From an uncultured Gemmatimonadales bacterium (GTDB lineage Bacteria; Gemmatimonadota; Gemmatimonadetes; Gemmatimonadales; GWC2-71-9), in contig CAVZZO010000001.1 of assembly GCA_963779755.1 (NCBI GenBank), positions 544,001 through 608,000 of the forward strand: a stretch of DNA of 64,000 nucleotides, given 5' to 3'. This document shows positions 1 through 9,292 of this stretch, in pieces. The notes under the pieces are model-generated. The model searched no databases. It had not been told where the DNA came from and was given only the letters and a program-made list of their open reading frames with translations. The stretch's first letter is position 1. Every line of letters begins with the position of its first letter. The position numbers and the translations under genes were made by a program.

Positions 1-2
1 CG

Positions 3-1295
3 GTGAGCTCCCGAATCGCCCGGGCCGCCTTCCCGCTACTTGCCGCGGCGGCGGCATGCTCCGCGGCCGCGGCCCAGGGTCTCCCCGCGGGAACCCCTGC
101 CGGGCTGGGCTTCTCTGCCGCGCGGCTCGGCCGGATCGACAGCGTATTTCAGGCGATGGTGGATTCCGGCTCGATCACCGGCGGCGTAGCGCTGGTGGTG
201 CGGCACGGCAAAGTGGCCTACGTGAAGTCTTTCGGCTGGGCCGACCGGGAAGCGAAGCGCCCGATGACTCCGCAGACGCTCTTCCGGATCGCCTCGCAGA
301 CCAAGGCGATCACCAGCGTCGCCGCCATGCTCCTGGTGGAACAGGGCCGGTTGCGGCTGGACGACCCCGTCGCGCGGTTCATTCCCAGCTTCGCCCACGA
401 CTCGGTGGCCATGCCGGGCGATAGCGGCGCGCTGGTGCCGGCGCGCCGCGCGCCCACCATTCGCGAGCTGCTGACCCACACCTCGGGCCTCAGCTACGGC
501 GTGGAATCGCGGATCGCCGAACGCTACCGCGCGGCGGGCCTGGGGCCGGCCGCCGGCTACGGCTGGTATTTCGCCGACAAGAACGAGCCCATCTGCGCCA
601 CCATCGACCGTCTGGGAGCGCTACCGCTCGCTGCCCAGCCGGGGGAGCGCTGGGTCTACGGCTACTCGCTGGACGTGCTGGGCTGCGTCATCGAACGGGT
701 TTCGGGCGTCCCGCTGGACCGCTTCATTCACGACCGGATCCTGGCGCCGCTGCACATGCGCAGTACCTGGTTCTACCCGCCCGATTCCGTGGCCGGGCGG
801 CTGGCCACGGTGTACGCCCCCACCGACACCGGCCTGGCGCGGGCCCGACCCGGCGGCCGGGGCCAGGGTGATTATATCGATGGGCCGCGAAGGAGCTTTT
901 CCGGCGGTGCCGGGCTGGTGTCGACCATCGGCGACTATGCCCGCTTCCTCCAGATGCTGCTGAACGGCGGCGAGCTGGACGGGGCGCGTATCCTGAGCCC
1001 CGCCACGGTGCGGCTCATGACCGCCAATCAGGTGGATACGCTGTATCCGGAGCCGGGCAGCGGATTCGGGCTCGGATTCCAGATCCTGCTCGATCCCGGG
1101 CGGGCCGGGGAGTACGGATCGCCCGGCCGCTTCGGCTGGGGCGGCGCCTACGGCACCAACTACTGGGTGGATCCGGGGAACGACCTGGTGGCGCTGGAGA
1201 TGATCCAGCTGCTTCCGCCCAACGTGGACCTGGCGGACCGGTTCCGCGCTACGGTGTATCAGGCCCTCGTCTCGCCGGGCCGCCCGGTGCGATGA
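3..1295 (+). CDS. Serine hydrolase, beta-lactamase/class C-like family, exported
   Basis: Signal peptide, SxxK motif (IASQTK), LLTHTSGL, YGYS, and GWGGAYGT C-terminal motif. Confidence 0.9.
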   Translation: MSSRIARAAFPLLAAAAACSAAAAQGLPAGTPAGLGFSAARLGRIDSVFQAMVDSGSITGGVALVVRHGKVAYVKSFGWADREAKRPMTPQTLFRIASQTKAITSVAAMLLVEQGRLRLDDPVARFIPSFAHDSVAMPGDSGALVPARRAPTIRELLTHTSGLSYGVESRIAERYRAAGLGPAAGYGWYFADKNEPICATIDRLGALPLAAQPGERWVYGYSLDVLGCVIERVSGVPLDRFIHDRILAPLHMRSTWFYPPDSVAGRLATVYAPTDTGLARARPGGRGQGDYIDGPRRSFSGGAGLVSTIGDYARFLQMLLNGGELDGARILSPATVRLMTANQVDTLYPEPGSGFGLGFQILLDPGRAGEYGSPGRFGWGGAYGTNYWVDPGNDLVALEMIQLLPPNVDLADRFRATVYQALVSPGRPVR

Positions 1296-2659
1296 CCGAC
1301 CTCGCCGGGGCCGAAACCGTCGCGTCCCCAGCCGCGGCGCCGCGCGGCGGCCTGCTCCGGGTGCTGGGCACCGCCTTCGGGCTGGCCATCGCCGTCGGGG
1401 CCACGGTCGGCGGCGGCATCCTGCGCACCCCGGGCGAGATCGCCGCCGCGCTTCCCTCTCCCCTGTTGTACATGGCAGTCTGGATCGTCGGCGCCGGCGC
1501 CTCACTGCTCGGCGCCAATATCTATTCCGAGCTGGGCGCAATGATCCCGGCGGCCGGCGGCCAGTACGTGTTCGCCCGCCGCGCCTTCGGCGACGGCATC
1601 GGGTTCTTCGTCGGCTATGCCGACTGGCTCAACTGGTGCCTGGGGCCGGTGGTGCTGACGCTCATCGTCGGCGAGTACATGACGGGGCTCTTCCCCGCCC
1701 TCGCCGGCCATGAAATGCTGGTGGATTTCGTCACCCTCGGCGGCCTCGCCACGCTGCAGTGGATCGGCGTTCGTAGCGGTGGCCGGACCCAGGAAATCAC
1801 CAGTCTGCTGAAGGCGCTGGCCCTGGCGGGACTGGTCGTCGCGGCCTTCGTTCTGCCGCATGCCGCCATGGCTCCCGCGGCCGCGGCGGTGCCGCACGGG
1901 TGGTCGCTGCTGCTTGCCTTCGGGGTGGCCATGCAGGGGATCGTGTTCACCTATGACAGCTATTACATCGTGATCTACTGTGGCGAGGAAGTGCGCGACC
2001 CCGGGCGGGAGATCCCGCGCAGCATGTTCCGCGGCCTCTGGCTGGTGATCGGCATCTATCTCCTGGTCAATCTCGCCTACCTGGCGGTGGTGCCCGTGAG
2101 CCGGATGGCAGGCGATCCTTTCGTCGGCGCCACCATGGCCCAGGCGCTCTTCGGCCCCCGGGGAGATACCATCATCCGCCTGATCATGATCGTTTCCATT
2201 CTGGGCACCATCAATGCGGAGCTGATGGCGATCCCGCGGATCCTGCTGGCCATGAGCCGGGATGGGCTCTTCCCCCGCTGGGGGGAACGGGTGAACCGGG
2301 GCGGCACCCCCCACGTAGCCTTGGCATTGAGTCTCCTCGTAATCGTCGCCTTTCTGCTCACGGGGTCGTTCAACGCCGCCCTGGCGCTGGACTCGATCCT
2401 GATCGTTGCGCTCTACGTCGCGTCTTTCGGCGCCCTGTTCATGCTGCGCCGCCGGGAGCCGGAAACGCCGCGGCCCTACCGCGCCTGGGGATATCCTCTG
2501 GCCCCGGCGCTGACCCTGCTCGGCGCGGTCGGTTTACTCGTGGCTCTCTCGGCCGGCGACCCGAAGAGCGCCGCCATCATCGGCGCCGTGCTGCTGGCAA
2601 GCTGGCCGCTGGCGCGGGCGATTCGCCGGCTGGAATCGGGCCGTTCTCGACCGTCTTAG
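1292..2659 (+). CDS. APC family amino acid permease
   Basis: GATVGGGI in TM1, ELGAMIPAAGGQY, GEEVRDPGREIPR, RPYRAWGYP; about 12 TM helices; ATGA overlap with the upstream gene. Confidence 0.9.
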   Translation: MTDLAGAETVASPAAAPRGGLLRVLGTAFGLAIAVGATVGGGILRTPGEIAAALPSPLLYMAVWIVGAGASLLGANIYSELGAMIPAAGGQYVFARRAFGDGIGFFVGYADWLNWCLGPVVLTLIVGEYMTGLFPALAGHEMLVDFVTLGGLATLQWIGVRSGGRTQEITSLLKALALAGLVVAAFVLPHAAMAPAAAAVPHGWSLLLAFGVAMQGIVFTYDSYYIVIYCGEEVRDPGREIPRSMFRGLWLVIGIYLLVNLAYLAVVPVSRMAGDPFVGATMAQALFGPRGDTIIRLIMIVSILGTINAELMAIPRILLAMSRDGLFPRWGERVNRGGTPHVALALSLLVIVAFLLTGSFNAALALDSILIVALYVASFGALFMLRRREPETPRPYRAWGYPLAPALTLLGAVGLLVALSAGDPKSAAIIGAVLLASWPLARAIRRLESGRSRPS

Positions 2660-2680
2660 CCCCCTCGGCTATCTCGCCTG

Positions 2681-2756
2681 GAGAGGGACGAGAGGGTCGA
2701 GAGGGTCGAGAGGGTCGAGAGGGTCGAGAAGGCTGAGAGGGTCGAGGGCGACGAGG
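2681..2756. repeat. 9-bp tandem repeat (GAGAGGGTC) x about 8 between convergent genes
   Basis: Read directly from the sequence. Confidence 0.9.
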
Positions 2757-3812
2757 TTACACTGTCTCCCGCCGGTCGCTCAGGAACGCGCCGACCGGCG
2801 CCAGGGCGGGCACATGATCGCCCATGATCTTGACGGTGGCGAAGAAGGGAACGGCGAGGAGCGCTCCCGCCACGCCCCAGAGGAACCAGCCGAAGAGCAC
2901 GCCGACCAGCACCGCCACCGGGTTCAGCCGCAGGCGGTTGCCGTAGACGATGGGGCTCACCAGGCTGTTCTGCAACGTGGCGATGAGCAGGTAGGTCAGG
3001 GGGACCGCGACGATGTGTCCCAGCCCGTGGAAGCGTCCGAAGGCGACCACCGCGAGCAGGACGCTCATGGTGGCGGCGCCGACGTAGGGGATGAACTCCA
3101 GCAGCACGGTCAGGGCGCCCCAGAGGAACGGCGTAGGCATCTGAAGCAGCCACATGGCAAAGCCGACGACGACGCCCTGTCCCAGATAGATGAGAGCCGA
3201 GGTGCCAAGGTAGCGTCCCACGGCGTGCTGGACCTCGCGGGTGATCTGAACCGCCGCGCGCTTGTCCTGCAATACGGGGAGCATCTGCACCAGCTTCTGC
3301 AGGAACATGTCGCCCGACGCCAGGAGCAGGAACAGCAGCAGGAAGACCTCCGCCGCGCCGGCTACCAGCGCGGCGGTGGTACCGAAGAGATTCGACACAT
3401 AGGGTGGTACCGTGGGTGGCGCGGGCGGGCTACCCCGCGTCTCTCCCGCCTGGCTCAGCTCCTGGGCCGCCTGCGAGACCTTGTCGAGGGAATGCCGCGC
3501 CTGGGCCAGCTTGGCCTTGGCCGCGCGGAAGTCCGCCGGGGCTTCCTCCATCCAGCTGCGGACCGGGTTGGCCAGCAGGTATCCGGCGCCCACCAGCGCG
3601 CCGAGCAGCGCGACGACCACCAGGGCGGAGGCGACGGAGGGGGGGAGGTGCCATCCCTCCAGCTTCCGGGCCACGGGCCGCAGCAGCACATTGAGGAGCA
3701 GCGCCAGCGCCACCGGAATGAAGAACGCCCGCGCAAGGTAGAGCGCGGCAATGACGGCCAGTGTGGCCAGGAGGATCAGACTGAACGAGCGCGCCCGTGA
3801 CGATTCGCTCAT
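2757..3812 (-). CDS. AI-2E family transporter
   Basis: LEFIPYVG, LVSPIVYGNRLRLNP, WGVAGALLAVP motifs; start taken at MSESSRAR. Confidence 0.9.
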   Translation of the reverse strand: MSESSRARSFSLILLATLAVIAALYLARAFFIPVALALLLNVLLRPVARKLEGWHLPPSVASALVVVALLGALVGAGYLLANPVRSWMEEAPADFRAAKAKLAQARHSLDKVSQAAQELSQAGETRGSPPAPPTVPPYVSNLFGTTAALVAGAAEVFLLLFLLLASGDMFLQKLVQMLPVLQDKRAAVQITREVQHAVGRYLGTSALIYLGQGVVVGFAMWLLQMPTPFLWGALTVLLEFIPYVGAATMSVLLAVVAFGRFHGLGHIVAVPLTYLLIATLQNSLVSPIVYGNRLRLNPVAVLVGVLFGWFLWGVAGALLAVPFFATVKIMGDHVPALAPVGAFLSDRRETV

Positions 3813-3858
3813 GCGGAACCGTACGCTTTCCGGCCTGATACGTGAGGGGCGGAGCCCC

Positions 3859-5253
3859 GTGCCGACGGGGCTGGCCGGCGGGGGGGTGAGCCGCCGGAAC
3901 TTCCTGAAGAATAGCGCGGTCGTGGGGGTGGCGGCGTTCGCCGGCGGCCTCCCTGCGGGTCCGTTTGCTCTGCCGCGACCGGTGCCCACGGCGGCGCAGC
4001 TGCGCTGGCAGCAGGACGAGCTGGCGATGTTCCTCCACTTCGGGGTCAATACCTTCACCGACCGGGAATGGGGGCTGGGAGACGAGGATCCCGCGATCTT
4101 CAACCCGGCGTCTCTGGATGCCCGCCAGTGGGCGCGGGTGGCCCGCGCAACCGGCTTCCGGGCGATGATCCTCACCGCCAAGCATCACGACGGCTTCTGT
4201 CTCTGGCCCACCCGTACCACCGCGCACTCGGTCGCGTCCAGCCCCTGGCGCGGGGGCGGGGGCGACGTTGTCCGGGAGTTCGTGGATGCCTGCCGAAGCG
4301 AAGGGCTGCGGCCGGGACTCTACCTCTCTCCCTGGGACCGGAACGCACCCAGCTACGGCGATTCTCCGCGGTATAACGACTTCTACTGCGAGCAGCTGAC
4401 GGAGTTGCTCACCTGGTATGGTACTCTGGCCGAGGTCTGGTTCGACGGCGCCAACGGCGAGGGGCCCGACGGCCGCCGCCAGGCGTACGACTGGCCCAGG
4501 GTCTTCGGTACCGTCCGCCGACTGCAACCCGAGGCGGTGATCTTCTCGGATGCGGGGCCGGATATCCGCTGGATCGGCAACGAGGACGGCGTGGCGGGAG
4601 ACCCGAACTGGTCGCTGGTCGATCCCGCCGCCGTGCCCTATCCCGGCGCTTCCGGGCCGGGCATCATCGCCATGCTGCAGCACGGTGACCCCGATGGGAC
4701 GGCCTGGCGCCCGGGCGAAACGGATGTCTCCATCCGGCCGGGATGGTTCCATCACCCCGCGGAGGATGAGCGAGTGAAGACGCCGGAGCGGCTGGAGGAG
4801 ATCTACTTCTCCTCCGTGGGGCGGAACTCCAAGCTGCTGCTCAACGTGCCGCCGGCGAAGAACGGCCGCATCGCGGCGCCGGACGCCGCCAGCCTCCAGG
4901 GGTTCCACGATCGCATGCGCCGGCATTTCGAAAGCGATCTGGGGGCAAACGGGGAGTACCGATGGACCGTGGACCGGACCGGCAGGTCGGGACACGGCGA
5001 GCTCCGGCTCTCGCGCCCAGCCACAGCGGCGACCCTGGCGCTGGAGGAGGACATCCGGCTGAACCAGGTGGTGGGACGATACGTCGTCTCCGGCTTTGAC
5101 GGGACCGCTTGGCGGGAGCTGTCCCGGGGCGAGACTATCGGCTACCGGAAGCTGGACCGCTTCGAGCCGCTCCGCCTGGAACAGGTGCGGCTCTCGGTCG
5201 AGGCCGTGGCGGCACCCATCCCGCCCGTGCGCCTGCGGCTCTTCGCCGGCTGA
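3859..5253 (+). CDS. Alpha-L-fucosidase (GH29) with Tat signal and C-terminal beta-sandwich
   Basis: SRRNFLK Tat motif; MFLHFG, TAKHHDGFCLWPT, YLSPWD, EVWFDGA; start uncertain (GTG 3859 or 3886). Confidence 0.9.
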   Translation: MPTGLAGGGVSRRNFLKNSAVVGVAAFAGGLPAGPFALPRPVPTAAQLRWQQDELAMFLHFGVNTFTDREWGLGDEDPAIFNPASLDARQWARVARATGFRAMILTAKHHDGFCLWPTRTTAHSVASSPWRGGGGDVVREFVDACRSEGLRPGLYLSPWDRNAPSYGDSPRYNDFYCEQLTELLTWYGTLAEVWFDGANGEGPDGRRQAYDWPRVFGTVRRLQPEAVIFSDAGPDIRWIGNEDGVAGDPNWSLVDPAAVPYPGASGPGIIAMLQHGDPDGTAWRPGETDVSIRPGWFHHPAEDERVKTPERLEEIYFSSVGRNSKLLLNVPPAKNGRIAAPDAASLQGFHDRMRRHFESDLGANGEYRWTVDRTGRSGHGELRLSRPATAATLALEEDIRLNQVVGRYVVSGFDGTAWRELSRGETIGYRKLDRFEPLRLEQVRLSVEAVAAPIPPVRLRLFAG

Positions 5254-5336
5254 TCATCCGGGGTCGCTACCCCGCCGCGGCGGAGTCCGGTAGTTTCCTA
5301 CACCCCGAATCTCTCAACTCATTCCGGACCGGAGTC

Positions 5337-6200
5337 ATGGCGAACCTCGGCTCATACCATCCCCATATCGTCCATTTCGTCGTAGCCCTCGGGTTGCTCG
5401 GTGTCGTCCTCCGGCTCGTCTCGCTCACCGGGAAGCTGCGGTGGACCAGGCCGGCTGGAACCCTGTTGCTGGTGCTCACCGCCATCGCGAGCTACGTGGC
5501 GGTGAAGTCGGGCCACGAAGCCCATGAGCTGGTCGAACGTATTCCCGGGGTGGCCCCGGCGGTTCGCGCGCACGAGGAGCTGGGTGAAGAAACCCGGAAC
5601 CTGTTCATTGCCGTCGCGGTGGTGGACCTCATCGGCCTGGCGATGACGCGCCGGGAAAAGCTGCAGCGCCTGATCTTCGCGGTCTCCGGCGTGGGCGGCA
5701 TCGTCGCCTCGGTGGTCCTGGTCAAGGCGGCGGACAAGGGCGGCAACCTGGTGTATTCCTATATCGGCGGCCCGGGGCTGCGTACCGGGAAACCGGAGGA
5801 CATCCAGCGACTGCTGATCGCCGGGCTGTATGAGGGCGCCCTGGCCGCCCGGAAGGAAGGCAGGAGCGAACAGGCCGCGCGTCTGACGGACGAACTGGTG
5901 CGGGCTGCGCCCAACGATACCGCGATCATGTTCGTCGCCGCCGAGTCGGCCATCCGGGACCGGCACGATCCCCGGGCCGCCCTGGCCATGGTGGACAGCA
6001 TCCAGGCGTCACCCGCCAACCGGCGCGTGATGATCCAGAAGGCCTCCCTGCAAGCCGAGGCCTACCGCGCGCTGCAGATGCCCGACTCGGCGACGGCCGT
6101 GCTGGACGACCTGGTTCGGCGCTACCCCGACGACCGCTTCCTGAAGGGCATGGTGGCGCGGATGAAGAATCCGGGCCGCGGGGAGGGCGAGCGGGAGTAG
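5337..6200 (+). CDS. DUF2231-like membrane protein with C-terminal TPR-like helical domain
   Basis: HPHIVHF, H-E-E motif, GGNLVY across 4 TM helices, then helical repeats; GGAG RBS. Confidence 0.7.
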   Translation: MANLGSYHPHIVHFVVALGLLGVVLRLVSLTGKLRWTRPAGTLLLVLTAIASYVAVKSGHEAHELVERIPGVAPAVRAHEELGEETRNLFIAVAVVDLIGLAMTRREKLQRLIFAVSGVGGIVASVVLVKAADKGGNLVYSYIGGPGLRTGKPEDIQRLLIAGLYEGALAARKEGRSEQAARLTDELVRAAPNDTAIMFVAAESAIRDRHDPRAALAMVDSIQASPANRRVMIQKASLQAEAYRALQMPDSATAVLDDLVRRYPDDRFLKGMVARMKNPGRGEGERE

Positions 6201-6352
6201 GACGGGAGAAAGACGGGAAGAAGACGGGAAGAAGACGGGAAGAAGACGGGAGAAAGACGGGAGAAAGACGGGAGAAAGACGGGAATAGGATGCAAGGGCC
6301 ATCCTTCCCGTCTCTTTTCCGTCCTTTTTCCGTCTTCTTCCGTCCTTTTTCT
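6201..6352. repeat. 11-bp tandem repeat (GACGGGAGAAA/GACGGGAAGAA) x8 followed by about 4 inverted copies; long hairpin between convergent genes
   Basis: GACGGGA at 6201, 6212 ... 6278; central GGATG/CATCC stem; TT(C)CCGTC copies at 6305-6345. Confidence 0.9.
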
Positions 6353-7025
6353 ACCCCGCAAAGCAGTAGTTGCAGCCCTGTTCCTGGGCGCGCCCTACCG
6401 CCATCACGCCGGAGGGGACGACCTGGATGCCGGGAATGAGATTCGCCACCCATTCCTTCTTGACGTCGTCGGCGTTCAGGTTCATCTCCTTCGCGTACGC
6501 CCCGCTGTAGACGGTGAGCGCCATGTTGCAGACTCCGACCAGTGTGCCGGAATTGACCAGTTCGGCAATGCCCAGTCCGGGAATCGGCAGGCCTTCGATC
6601 TTGGCGTAGATGTTCCGCTTGGCGGGCGACTCGCCGTCCTTGATGCCGAGCTTCTCGCCGAAGGGATACTTGGCCCACATGGCATCGTTGAGCGCCAGGG
6701 GCATTGCCTCGTGCCGCAGGATCACCACCGCCGTGTCGTCGGCATCCGTGGTGCCGTAGGTGGAGTTCATGGTCATGAGGTAGATCCGGGGCCAGATCCC
6801 CGGCATGCCGCCGTTCGGCAGGGGCGAATCGAAGACCATCCGGTGCTTGCCCTTGATCTTGCCGAACCAGGCTTCCAGCTGGGGGTCGATGCCGCCGGAG
6901 AGCGGCGGGGTTTCGGCCGCGATGCGCCCGCCGGGCACCAGCTCCGCCAGGCCGAATGCGGCGGCGCTGGCTGCCAGGGTGGCCACGAAGCCGCGCCGGT
7001 GGGTGGAAATCGGGAAATCACCCAT
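6351..7025 (-). CDS. Tat-exported DsrE/DsrF-like protein
   Basis: HRRGFV Tat motif; VILRH, VGVCNMAL, VPSGVMAVGRAQEQG resemble the DsrE-like fold. Confidence 0.65.
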   Translation of the reverse strand: MGDFPISTHRRGFVATLAASAAAFGLAELVPGGRIAAETPPLSGGIDPQLEAWFGKIKGKHRMVFDSPLPNGGMPGIWPRIYLMTMNSTYGTTDADDTAVVILRHEAMPLALNDAMWAKYPFGEKLGIKDGESPAKRNIYAKIEGLPIPGLGIAELVNSGTLVGVCNMALTVYSGAYAKEMNLNADDVKKEWVANLIPGIQVVPSGVMAVGRAQEQGCNYCFAG

Positions 7026-7142
7026 GGTGTCCTCCTGGGAATGGGGGTGGGTCCGGGGAACGTATGCTAAGGTCTGGGGCGGAAACGGTCCAGCCCCCCG
7101 AGGGGAAGCGGAGGGCTGGACCCTCTCAGCGGTTCCGGGGGG

Positions 7143-9056
7143 TCACCGGGCGGTCCAGACGTTGTCCCCCGGTGCCACATCCTGGAAACGGTATTCCGGG
7201 TCCACCGTTATCAGCACAAGTTCCTTGCTGCCAACAACTTCGGAGACAACAACCGACCGCGCGCCGGAGAACCACACGGCCGCCGGCCGCCGGACGGTGG
7301 TGGAGGTTCCGTCGGCAAAATCGAGCTTCAGAATGACCGGCATGGCCATCTGGCCGTGGTCGGTCACCTCGATGCGGACCGCGCTCCCCTCCCGGGAGAC
7401 GGCGCCGATGCCCTGGTCGAAGGTATCGGTGGTGAACCACCAGGCGTTCCAGAACCAGCCCAGGTCCCGCCCCAGCCGGTGCTGCATGAAGAAGAAGAAG
7501 TCCCAGGGCGAGGGGTGTTTGAACCGCCAGGCCCGGGCATAGGCGCTGAAGGCCGCCTGTACCGCGGAGTCGCCCACCACGCCGCCCAGGGCGTGGAGTG
7601 CCAGCGGCGCCTTTACGTAGGCCTGGAGAGTATAGAGCGGGCCGGCCCAGTCGCTGGGCCACATCATCGGCGGCTCCAGTTCGGCGCCGGCCACCTGCCG
7701 GTAGTACTGGCCTTCCTGCTTCCAGTCGGTCGGCTGGTGGTCGTAGTCCTCCTGCGCCGCGTTGTCGATGAAGTCGTTGAAGCCTTCGTCCTGCCAGCCG
7801 TACCAGGTCTCGTTGGATCCGACCATCATGGGGAACCACTCGTGTCCCAACTCGTGGGTGGTGACGCCGAAGCCGGGGCCGGAGAAGATGATCATGGGAT
7901 ACTCCATGCCGGTCTCCGGGCCGTCGGTCTGCGTGGCCTGGGGAAAGGCGTACGGCATGACATACCGGGAGTGGTGCTCCAGGGCGAACCTTGCCAGCTG
8001 GGCGGTTTTCTGGAACCGGGTGTGCTCCGGGTAGTACAGCTCCTGCACCAGGGTCGGCGCCGGCGTGCGGGCGTGGGTGGCGTCCCAGACGAAGTTGCGT
8101 GAGGCGGCGAAGGCGAAGTCGTTCACCGTATCGGCGGTAAAGTGCCAGGTGAGCGAGTCGGCCGCCAGGGTGGCCTTCCCCGCGCCGCGACCGCCGGCAG
8201 CCACCACATGGACCGTGCTGTCCACCTTCATGGCGAGTGCCAGGCGGTCGCGGACCTGGCGGGGCAGGACGTCGGCCGGATTGGCCAGGGTCCCGGTGGC
8301 GCCCACCAGCCAGCCGGCGGGGAGGGTGATCCGCACATCGAACCGGCCGAACTGATTGTAGAACTCGCCGATGCCGAGGTAGGGGTCGTTATCCCATCCC
8401 CGCAGGTCGTTGTACATCGCCACCTGGGGGTACCACTGCGCCACCTGGTACAGCTCATGATCCCAGCGCCCCATCCGCTCGGCGCGCTTCGAGCGGTCCA
8501 CGTTGGGGACGGTGAAGTGCCAGGCGACGTCCAGGGTGGCGGTCGCCCCCGGCATGACGGGGGCCGCGAGGCGGAGGAAGGCTACGGTTCCGGCAACCCG
8601 CCAGGTGCTGTCGCTGGTATCCACGACCGCGCCGTTCACCGCCAGGCGTTCCACGGTCATGCCGGTGGTGATGTCGGTGACGTAATCGTTGCGGCTCACT
8701 TCCGGCGTGTAATAGTTCTGGAAGAGCCGCAGGACGATCATCTTGAGCGTGTCGGGAGAGCTGTTGTGCAGGCTGATGGTTTCCCTGCCCTGCAGCACCG
8801 CCGTCGCCACATCGAGCGAGGCGTCGATGCGATAGTCCACCGCCTGCTGCCAGTAGTTCGGGCCGGGCCGCCCGGTCGAGTCGCGGGTCCCGGCGGCAAA
8901 GGCGCGGCGGATCATCGGCCCCATCGGGAGGAGGCGCTGGACGGCTCGGGGCGGAAGCCCGCTCGTATCCGGCGGGGCGGCCGGGGTCTGGGCATACAGC
9001 GCCGGGACAACGAGAAGGGCGAGAAATACGGGGAGAATCGGCCCTGGCCGGGGCAT
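7143..9056 (-). CDS. M1 family zinc metallopeptidase, exported
   Basis: GMEYP, HELGHEW-x-DEG zinc motif, QWYP; signal peptide. Confidence 0.92.
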   Translation of the reverse strand: MPRPGPILPVFLALLVVPALYAQTPAAPPDTSGLPPRAVQRLLPMGPMIRRAFAAGTRDSTGRPGPNYWQQAVDYRIDASLDVATAVLQGRETISLHNSSPDTLKMIVLRLFQNYYTPEVSRNDYVTDITTGMTVERLAVNGAVVDTSDSTWRVAGTVAFLRLAAPVMPGATATLDVAWHFTVPNVDRSKRAERMGRWDHELYQVAQWYPQVAMYNDLRGWDNDPYLGIGEFYNQFGRFDVRITLPAGWLVGATGTLANPADVLPRQVRDRLALAMKVDSTVHVVAAGGRGAGKATLAADSLTWHFTADTVNDFAFAASRNFVWDATHARTPAPTLVQELYYPEHTRFQKTAQLARFALEHHSRYVMPYAFPQATQTDGPETGMEYPMIIFSGPGFGVTTHELGHEWFPMMVGSNETWYGWQDEGFNDFIDNAAQEDYDHQPTDWKQEGQYYRQVAGAELEPPMMWPSDWAGPLYTLQAYVKAPLALHALGGVVGDSAVQAAFSAYARAWRFKHPSPWDFFFFMQHRLGRDLGWFWNAWWFTTDTFDQGIGAVSREGSAVRIEVTDHGQMAMPVILKLDFADGTSTTVRRPAAVWFSGARSVVVSEVVGSKELVLITVDPEYRFQDVAPGDNVWTAR

Positions 9057-9088
9057 GGCTGCTCCATTCTGGTTTGACGGAGTGTAGT

Positions 9089-9180
9089 GCAAAGACGCAG
9101 AGACCGCGAAGAGGTGCGAAGGACAGGCTCGCCCTGAAGGAGAAACCTAGCGTCCCTTCGCGCCTTTCGCGTCTTTGGGC
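9089..9180. repeat. Imperfect REP-like inverted repeat (GCAAAGACGC...CGCGAAG / CTTCGCG...GCGTCTTTG) in a divergent intergenic region
   Basis: Complementary arms read directly. Confidence 0.6.
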
Positions 9181-9292
9181 TTCAGGGGGAAACCTCGCCC
9201 CCAGCCTTGCCGTAAAGGCAGCATTCCAGCCACATTCGGGGGGCTTTTTTCTCCCGGCCCCGCCGGTTACCTCCTGCAACGAGCCGCCGACC

